Source: Candidatus Nanopelagicales bacterium (GTDB taxonomy: Bacteria; Actinomycetota; Actinomycetes; S36-B12). From it: 64,000 nucleotides of DNA. The stretch spans positions 37,216 through 101,215 of the forward strand of contig WLWL01000001.1 of the NCBI GenBank assembly GCA_012103605.1, written 5' to 3'. This document shows, one piece after another, positions 58,115 to 64,000 of the stretch. A model generated the notes under the pieces. That model searched no databases. It saw nothing but the letters and a program-made list of their open reading frames with translations, and was not told where the DNA came from. Numbering within the stretch: position 1 is the stretch's first letter; every line of letters begins with the position of its first letter. The translations under genes were made by a program, and so were the position numbers.

Positions 58115-59449
58115 TTAGCAGGCCATCAAGAATCTGTGCAGCGTGCGCACACCGAACGTAAGACCATCGATCGGCACTCGCTCGTCGACGCCGTGAAATA
58201 ACCGCCAATAGTCGAGGTTCTCGGGCATTCGTAACGGAGAGAAGCCGTAACAGGCAAGGCCGAGGCTGGACAGAGCCTTCGCATCGGTCCCACCGCTGAT
58301 CATGTACGGAACGGCGCGGGCAGCGGGATCTTCGTGACGCAGAACGCTGGCCATCAGCTCGAAGGTCGTCGTTTCGAAAGATGTCTCCACTGCGACATCG
58401 TCATTGAGTGTCTCGATCTCGATGTGCTCGCCCACCAGTGACCGGATGGTCTCGTCGAACTCAGCTTCGTATCCCGGTAAGAATCGCCCGTCGACGTGTG
58501 CCTCCGCCTCGGTCGGAATGACATTGACTTTGTAACCCGCTTCCAACATCGAGGGATTCGCCGTGTTTTGCAAGGTCGCGCCCACCAGCATGCCGAGCGT
58601 TCCGAGCTTGGACAGTATCGCCTCCGTGTCATCCTCACGGAGTTCTAGCCCGTAGGCCTGGGAAAGATCCGCAAGGAAGCGTTCCACGGTCTTCGTTCGA
58701 CGAATGGGCCATCGATGACGTCCGATGCGCACCACAGCGTCCGCCAACTCGGTCACTGCATTGTCCGTATGGATCATCGAGCCGTGTCCGGCGCGCATGG
58801 ATGCCCGGAGCCGCAACCACCTAATGCCCTTCTCCGCTGTCTGTATCGGGTAGAGCCGAAGATCGTCCGAGATGGATAACGAGAAGCCACCGACCTCGCC
58901 GATGGCCTCGGAGGCGCCGGCAAAAAGATCGGGTCGATTGTCGACGAACCAACGAGACCCATGCACCATGCCGGCTTCCTCATCGGGGAAGAACACCACA
59001 ATGACGTCACGTCGGGGTCGCTCTCCGGTTCGACCCCAGTGGCGCACGACAGCCGTGATCATTGCGTCCATGTTCTTCATGTCCACGGCGCCTCGGCCCC
59101 AGATGAAACCGTCGTCGACTTCTGCCGCGAATGGCGGATGGGTCCAATCACTCGCCACAGCTGGCACAACATCTAGGTGCCCGTGCACCACCACCGCTGG
59201 TGCACTCGGATCCGTCCCGGGTATTCGTAAGGCGACACCCCGGCGTCGATCGTTGCTCGTGACGATGACCTCGGGATCCCACCCGGTTTCGCGAAGCCGC
59301 TCTGCGCAGTACTCCGCGGCGTCTGCCTCGCCCACTGTCCGGGGGTCTGGACCCCAATTGCTCGTATCAATACGAATCAGATCACGGGTAATGGCAACCG
59401 CATCGCCTTCCATTTCGGATGAAAAGGACTCGCCTGGTGCCGTGGACAC
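58115..59449 (-). CDS. M20/M25/M40 family metallo-hydrolase (dipeptidase-like)
   Basis: VVVHGHLDVVP, FFPDEEAG, and the dimerisation insert. Confidence 0.8.
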   Translation of the reverse strand: MSTAPGESFSSEMEGDAVAITRDLIRIDTSNWGPDPRTVGEADAAEYCAERLRETGWDPEVIVTSNDRRRGVALRIPGTDPSAPAVVVHGHLDVVPAVASDWTHPPFAAEVDDGFIWGRGAVDMKNMDAMITAVVRHWGRTGERPRRDVIVVFFPDEEAGMVHGSRWFVDNRPDLFAGASEAIGEVGGFSLSISDDLRLYPIQTAEKGIRWLRLRASMRAGHGSMIHTDNAVTELADAVVRIGRHRWPIRRTKTVERFLADLSQAYGLELREDDTEAILSKLGTLGMLVGATLQNTANPSMLEAGYKVNVIPTEAEAHVDGRFLPGYEAEFDETIRSLVGEHIEIETLNDDVAVETSFETTTFELMASVLRHEDPAARAVPYMISGGTDAKALSSLGLACYGFSPLRMPENLDYWRLFHGVDERVPIDGLTFGVRTLHRFLMAC

Positions 59450-59514
59450 GCTTCCATCCTGCCGCGTCGGCGGTCGTGGGCGCAGGGATATGCTGTGCCC
59501 CGCTTGATTCCCGC

Positions 59515-59600
59515 GTCCGGGTGGCGGAATTGGCAGACGCGCTAGCTTGAGGTGCTAGTGCCCTTTACGGGGCATGGGGGTTCAAGTCCCCCCTCGGACA
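59515..59600 (+). tRNA. tRNA-Leu (anticodon GAG), class II with long variable arm, no encoded CCA
   Basis: The acceptor stem GTCCGGG pairs with CTCGGAC. The anticodon stem CTAGC/GCTAG carries the loop TTGAGGT. The T arm is GGGGG-TTCAAGT-CCCCC. The discriminator is A. Confidence 0.85.
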
Positions 59601-59607
59601 CAGCAGT

Positions 59608-59634
59608 GGGGCCTGGGGCCAATCCCCAGGCCCC
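59608..59634. terminator. perfect 11-bp GC hairpin (GGGGCCTGGGG-ccaat-CCCCAGGCCCC); likely bidirectional terminator
   Basis: It lies 8 nt after the tRNA 3' end and 69 nt from the stop of the convergent phosphatase gene. No clear U tract, as is common in high-GC actinobacteria. Confidence 0.5.
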
Positions 59635-59702
59635 GATCTCTCCACCCACGGTTGCGCCACGAGGCTCACGCATGGTGACGTCAAGCGACGAGATGGTGGC
59701 GT

Positions 59703-60338
59703 CTAGCGAATAGCCGGTGCGGGAACCCGGCCGATCACGGCGAGTTGCCCTCCCTCATTGCGCACCACGATTCCCTCACCCGATGTCGGTGCGATGCCCG
59801 TCAAGTCCACAATGTTCGCCTGGTGGCTCGAGACCACGATAACTCCCGAGCGGTTCGATTGACGGGCAATCGTTTTCAACGCGAAGGACTCCCGGCGTTG
59901 GGCCACTGCAGACGGCGCAGTGAAGGTTGACCCAAACCGCATCATGGTGCGAACGGGACCAACGTTCATCAACTCGGCGGTTTCGCGTGACCGACACCAC
60001 GGGCTACTGAGTACCCGACGGACGTTGACCTTGTTCTGACGAAGTGCGGCTCCCATGGCACGAGCTTGGCGGCGTCCCGCATCGGACAAATTTCGTTGAG
60101 TGGAGCAGTCCTTTACATCAAAATCTGACGGATCTCCCCCTCCCGGAGCCAGGGCGTGGCGATACAAGATCACCATTCCCGCGCCTTCCCGGAGGTCTTC
60201 CCAGACGCGCTCGCTTGCCGTGGCAGGTGCAGCGGAGATACAGATGGCCTGAACCGCCACGAGCAAGGCGATCAGCCCTGACACACCACGGACTTTCGAC
60301 GGGTGCACCTGGCGTGCGCCTCGAAGCAGCATGTCCAA
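59703..60338 (-). CDS. histidine phosphatase family protein, secreted (signal peptide)
   Basis: Signal-like N-terminus (GLIALLVAVQAICISAAPATA), a RH motif (VILYRHALAPGGGDP) and a second His (VVSSHQANI). Confidence 0.65.
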   Translation of the reverse strand: MDMLLRGARQVHPSKVRGVSGLIALLVAVQAICISAAPATASERVWEDLREGAGMVILYRHALAPGGGDPSDFDVKDCSTQRNLSDAGRRQARAMGAALRQNKVNVRRVLSSPWCRSRETAELMNVGPVRTMMRFGSTFTAPSAVAQRRESFALKTIARQSNRSGVIVVSSHQANIVDLTGIAPTSGEGIVVRNEGGQLAVIGRVPAPAIR

Positions 60339-60396
60339 TACCTAACACCCGTGGAGAGGAACCGCCATCAGCACACTCGTCTCCTACGCTCGGAGA

Positions 60397-61176
60397 GTGC
60401 GAACACGCCTAGCGCCAACGCCCAGCGGTTTCGTTCATGAAGGAAACCTCGTCAATTTTTTGGTCATTTCGCACGTGGCACAGACCTGCGACGCCGCTGT
60501 CGCCTTGAGGTTCGACGACATCGACCGCCTGCGTGTTCGGGGCGAGTACATCGACGACATCTTTCGGGTCTTGACGTGGCTGGAAATTCCGTGGACCGAC
60601 GGACCGCGATCCACCGCCGACATGGCGCAGTGGACCCAGGACCAACGCCTCGACCGGTATCAATGGGCACGACAGGAGTTATGGGTGACAGGTCTGGCGT
60701 ACCACTGCACGTGCTCGCGAACGCAGTGGAACGCCTTCACGGGGGACTCGTGTCCGCAGCAATGCCGTCAGGGCGATCACCCCTTCCAGGTAGGCCGCAC
60801 CGCAACTCGACTCCATCTCGACGGAATTCCCGATCCCGTCATTTGGCGCCGCGACGATCTCCCCGCCTACCACCTGACGTCCATTGTGGATGATTGCGAC
60901 GGCCGCATAGACCTTGTGGTGCGCGGAGAAGATCTCGCTTCCTCCACTGACATTCAACGCCGTATGTCGCGCCTCTTACCCGGCAACACGTTCCACCAGG
61001 CGCACGTGTTGCATCATCCACTCGTCACCAGCGAGGGACGGAAACTATCTAAGAGTGCAGGCGCGCAGGCGTCACCGTTGGCGCTGTCGGACGAGCTCCG
61101 TGCGACAGTATCGAACGTAGCCGCTACGTACTCGGCGTCCGCCCAGGCTCATCTGCTTCGAAGTCGCGAATGTTGA
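60397..61176 (+). CDS. gluQ: glutamyl-Q tRNA(Asp) synthetase-like protein (truncated GluRS catalytic domain)
   Basis: Colinear with E. coli GluQRS blocks: RLAPTPSG.VHEGNL, LRFDDID, YHCTCSR, RRDDLPAYHLTSIVDD, VVRGEDL, KLSKS. The HIGH motif is degenerate (HEGN). Confidence 0.6.
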   Translation: MRTRLAPTPSGFVHEGNLVNFLVISHVAQTCDAAVALRFDDIDRLRVRGEYIDDIFRVLTWLEIPWTDGPRSTADMAQWTQDQRLDRYQWARQELWVTGLAYHCTCSRTQWNAFTGDSCPQQCRQGDHPFQVGRTATRLHLDGIPDPVIWRRDDLPAYHLTSIVDDCDGRIDLVVRGEDLASSTDIQRRMSRLLPGNTFHQAHVLHHPLVTSEGRKLSKSAGAQASPLALSDELRATVSNVAATYSASAQAHLLRSREC

Positions 61177-61360
61177 AGTACCAGACGTAGTAGCCCGCGA
61201 GGACGGGTCCGCCCACCACCAACAGGTAGGGAACCACGCCCCCTAGGCCTCTGCCTATGTAGTCGAATGCCTGCCAGACGAGTGCACCCGCAACAAGGAT
61301 GAAGATGACGCTGAGGAACAGGCTTTGAGGGCGCCGCGCGCTCCACGGGCGCGATGACAT
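61124..61360 (-). CDS. hypothetical small membrane protein (2 TM)
   Basis: 78 aa from the ATG of MSSRPW, with two hydrophobic helices. Its 3' end overlaps the gluQ-like 3' end by 53 nt. No family recognised. Confidence 0.35.
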   Translation of the reverse strand: MSSRPWSARRPQSLFLSVIFILVAGALVWQAFDYIGRGLGGVVPYLLVVGGPVLAGYYVWYFNIRDFEADEPGRTPST

Positions 61361-61510
61361 CTGGGCTTCTTGGTCAGGATCCACGACAGGACTATGGCAC
61401 TTGCCGACGGCCAATGGCAGGAAAATGCATGGGAAACCTGCGCGCTTGCCGGATTGGCTGCTCAGCAGCGAACGGTCTCCTGCTCATCGGCCATGTGGTT
61501 GGCTACCGCC

Positions 61511-62323
61511 ATGACGAACGTGACAGAGGATCTCGACACCATTCTCATCGATCGCGATGCGCAAAATTCCTCTGTGGCCATCATCACCCTCCATCGACCC
61601 GATCGCCTCAATGCGTTGACCCCGGAGATGGGCCCGCTCTACGCGGCAACGCTGCAAGAGCTCGACGCGGACCCGTCAGTGCGGGCCATCGTCGTCACGG
61701 GAGCTGGCCGCGGATTCTGCTCAGGGGCCGACCTCAGTTCTCTCGCCGGCAGCACCGACGATCTCCTTAGCTACGTACGGGGCCAGACAGTCCAGACGCT
61801 CCCCCTCGTGGCGCTCACGCTCGCGACACCTGTGGCCACTGCCATCAACGGACCGTGTGCCGGGATCGGCTTTGTGCTGGCCATGAGCGCGGATGCTCGC
61901 TTCGTTGCATCGAATGCCACCCTGAGCACGACGTTTGCGCGTCTGGGACTCGTCGCCGAATACGGCATCGCATGGCTCCTCCCGCGGCTGGTCGGCCTGC
62001 CGGTCGCCACCGATCTTCTGCTGTCGGGGCGGACGGTCACCGGCGAGGAAGCCGCTCGCCTCGGACTAGCGACCAGCGCTGATGATGCTGTTGCCTCGGC
62101 CCTGACCTGGGCTCGCGAGATCGCCACCAATAGTTCCCCGCGGTCCACCGCGATGATGAAGCGGCAGTTGCTCGAGGCTGACGGCCTCACACTCACCGAC
62201 ACAGTCGCGAAGGCTCTGGACGCGATGGCGGAAGCCTTCACCTGGCCGGACCTGGCGGAGGCTCTCGCGGCTCGCGCCGACAAGCGCGCTCCACAGTTTC
62301 CCGATCCACCCGGACGCGACTAA
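61511..62323 (+). CDS. enoyl-CoA hydratase/isomerase family protein
   Basis: Start at the ATG of MTNVTEDLDTILI. Motifs LHRPDRLNALT, VVTGAGRGFCSGADL and INGPCAGIGFVLAMSAD. Confidence 0.75.
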   Translation: MTNVTEDLDTILIDRDAQNSSVAIITLHRPDRLNALTPEMGPLYAATLQELDADPSVRAIVVTGAGRGFCSGADLSSLAGSTDDLLSYVRGQTVQTLPLVALTLATPVATAINGPCAGIGFVLAMSADARFVASNATLSTTFARLGLVAEYGIAWLLPRLVGLPVATDLLLSGRTVTGEEAARLGLATSADDAVASALTWAREIATNSSPRSTAMMKRQLLEADGLTLTDTVAKALDAMAEAFTWPDLAEALAARADKRAPQFPDPPGRD

Positions 62324-62856
62324 GGCAACTGTCCGGAATAGGCGAGGGCCATCCGAATCAGCCGGCCTTGGCCGCCACTCATCTCCTGCTGAAAGGCGGG
62401 GCTAGTGGCCTCCTGGGGAGTCACCCAAACCAAGTCGAGAGCGTCTTGACTGGGGGCGCAGTCGCCGTCGATCGGAACAACATATGCCAAGGACACGGCG
62501 TGCTGGCGCGGGTCATGAAAACCCGTCACGGTCTCGTCGGGGAAGTACTCGACGATGGTGAACGGCTGAGGAGAAGTGGGCACCTCGGGTAGGGCCATAG
62601 GTCCAAGGTCTTTTTCCAAGTGCCTCAGGAGGGCGTCCCGCACCCGCTCCCCGTACAGGACGCGACCGGACACCACCGCGCGACTTATCGAGCCGTCGGG
62701 TAACCCACGCAACAGCAAACCGACCGTGGTGACCTGCCCCCGCTCGTCCGTGCGTACGGGAACAGCATCGACGTAGACCATCGGAACCCGTTCTCGGGCC
62801 GACTCCAGATCCGATTCCGATAGCCAGGCCGCGCGAGTATCCAGCATGTCGCTCAT
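62320..62856 (-). CDS. DUF4916 / NUDIX-fold protein with degenerate Nudix box
   Basis: VPMVYVDAVPVR...VGLLLR and SGRVLYGERVRDALLRHLEKDLG (a Nudix-box-like segment lacking the full REx2EE). Confidence 0.55.
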   Translation of the reverse strand: MSDMLDTRAAWLSESDLESARERVPMVYVDAVPVRTDERGQVTTVGLLLRGLPDGSISRAVVSGRVLYGERVRDALLRHLEKDLGPMALPEVPTSPQPFTIVEYFPDETVTGFHDPRQHAVSLAYVVPIDGDCAPSQDALDLVWVTPQEATSPAFQQEMSGGQGRLIRMALAYSGQLP

Positions 62857-62894
62857 GTCTATCCCTCCACCAGCAATTCGGCCGCGCGGGTGCC

Positions 62895-64000
62895 ATGCTG
62901 AGACGCGTGATCGCGCGTGGTTCGACTCTGGACGGGACCGTACCGGAGTCGGCGCCGACCTTCGCTCAACGTGTCGGCGGGCGTTGGGTCATCTCGTGGC
63001 AGGCCTACACGCTCGGGGCAACAGTCAACACCGTGCTCCTCGGTCTCACAGGTGGTTCTGTTGGCGCCGAATCGGTGTCACTGAGCGACTTCCCGCGGTG
63101 GTGTGCGCTTGGAGCACTCACATCAGCGGTGGTGGGTGTCTACGCGTTCGCCGCAAACGCGACGGTTTTTCGCCGCAAACGCCAAACCCCCGCGGCCCTG
63201 CCGGTCAGCGTCACCTTCCACGCCAGTGTGGGCTTGGTGTTCGCGGCGGTCGTTGTCGGCTTCGCGGAAGATTTCGACCTTCAGGCCCCCTCCCCTGCCT
63301 GGACCTTCCTGCTGGCGACGTCGGGCATCGCTTTGTGGTGGGGCCTGACCATGGCATCCCTATTCGAAGGACGTGAACGGTTCCGGCAGCGTCGTCAAGC
63401 GCTCCTCGAGCGTGCCGTGGAAGAGGAGTTTGCCGGCATCATTGCAGCCGACGCGTCCACGGAATTCGAAGAGCGCGTCCGCGCAGAGGTGACGGCAGTG
63501 CTCGGCGATACGCACGAAGAATTGATGAAGCAACTTCCTCCTTCTGAAGAGGACGAAGCACCCAACGCGACACCCGACAGCGCGCCCGAGAGCGCCTCCG
63601 ACAACCATGCGTCTCCGAAGTCCTGGGGTTCGGTCGCCGACTCTCTTCGTGAGACAGCGCGTGAATCCGTACGTCCGCTCAGCCATCGACTGTGGGTGTC
63701 GACGGAAGCTGAGTACCCGGCCCCACGCGTCTTCGATGTTCTCGCGCGAACCGTGCGCCAACCCCGGCCCGCTCCACTCGCGTCGTGCTTCATCGTGCTG
63801 GTTGGGTATCTGCGAGCATCGCTCGAGGCGTCCGGACCGCTCCTCGGTGTGGTCGCCGCGGCCCTGCTCGCATCGAGCGTCGCTCTTGTCCTCTACACGA
63901 TCCGGTGGGTACCCGAAGCGGCTGCCACAGCGACATTTTGGTTCGTGTTCGCGGTCTGCGAGGGCATCGGCCTCGCGTTCTTGTCGGCGCTGCCGCCTGA
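62895..64000 (+). CDS. hypothetical multi-TM membrane protein, 3'-truncated by window edge (not in ORF track)
   Basis: My own translation of the frame containing ATG 62895 is open for 368 codons to the window end. About four TM helices come first (e.g. ALGALTSAVVGVYAFAA, VGLVFAAVVVGFA, FLLATSGIALWWGLTMA). A charged or acidic linker follows, then further TM helices (CFIVLVGYL, LLGVVAAALLASSVALVLY, FWFVFAVCEGIGLAFL). Confidence 0.5.
   Translation, partial: MLRRVIARGSTLDGTVPESAPTFAQRVGGRWVISWQAYTLGATVNTVLLGLTGGSVGAESVSLSDFPRWCALGALTSAVVGVYAFAANATVFRRKRQTPAALPVSVTFHASVGLVFAAVVVGFAEDFDLQAPSPAWTFLLATSGIALWWGLTMASLFEGRERFRQRRQALLERAVEEEFAGIIAADASTEFEERVRAEVTAVLGDTHEELMKQLPPSEEDEAPNATPDSAPESASDNHASPKSWGSVADSLRETARESVRPLSHRLWVSTEAEYPAPRVFDVLARTVRQPRPAPLASCFIVLVGYLRASLEASGPLLGVVAAALLASSVALVLYTIRWVPEAAATATFWFVFAVCEGIGLAFLSALPP

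Noticed and set aside
59515-62856. Possible genomic island integrated at tRNA-Leu.
   Set aside because: No integrase, recombinase or transposase is present. I found no direct repeat of the tRNA 3' end in the window, and base composition looks similar to the flanks. It is kept only as a low-interest note.
63360-63793. Two antisense ORFs (133 and 132 aa) near the 3' edge.
   Set aside because: The + strand frame starting at 62895 is open for more than 1.1 kb and encodes convincing TM helices. The antisense products are Arg/Gly/Ser-rich and lack features.

Overview
This is a 64-kb chromosomal segment from a high-GC Actinomycetota genome. It is densely coding, with about 70 genes, and many junctions are translationally coupled through ATGA, GTGA or TGATG overlaps. 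The content is overwhelmingly conserved core genome, and gene order closely tracks the Mycobacterium/Corynebacterium/Streptomyces backbone.

Genes in order:
- Tail of the suf operon (sufC', sufS, sufU, DUF59).
- ABC-F ATPase, a crotonase, an ABC exporter, SURF1 and DUF3099.
- dodecin-TMEM175-fabG-inhA, then serB.
- An orphan ABC ATPase coupled to an FeS-type (6-4) photolyase/cryptochrome and a TauE membrane protein.
- CDP-alcohol phosphatidyltransferase, gcvH, a GarA-like FHA protein, ftsR, a bifunctional nuclease and a second MerR regulator.
- A tandem glycine riboswitch followed by gcvP, then a GNAT and argG.
- rbpA-fxsA-ppm1-lnt-amidohydrolase-M24 peptidase, then a 5'-3' exonuclease.
- A 15-gene co-directional array on the minus strand: helY, DAG kinase, tatC, tatA, pafC, pafB, two FKBPs, pafA, prcA, prcB, pup, dop, arc/mpa, trmI.
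- RecB-like nuclease, HAD, alpha/beta hydrolase, PAC2 and pgi.
- mshC with the SCO1664/DUF3090/phosphomutase trio.
- uppP, LLM oxidoreductase, AKR, DUF5703, M20 peptidase and tRNA-Leu(GAG).
- A short, less conserved tail: secreted histidine phosphatase, GluQRS-like protein, crotonase, DUF4916, and an edge-truncated multi-TM ORF that is missing from the ORF track.

I saw no CRISPR array, transposase, integrase, prophage or obvious defence island, and I cannot point to a convincing wholly new system. The best second-look candidates are:
- the ABC-ATPase/FeS-photolyase/TauE coupled module;
- the GarA-like FHA protein whose phospho-switch N-terminus is replaced by a zinc ribbon;
- the function-unknown kinase-like/DUF3090/phosphomutase trio next to mshC;
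- the unlisted membrane ORF at the 3' edge.

All family assignments come from reading motifs by eye and from remembered synteny. No database search was run.
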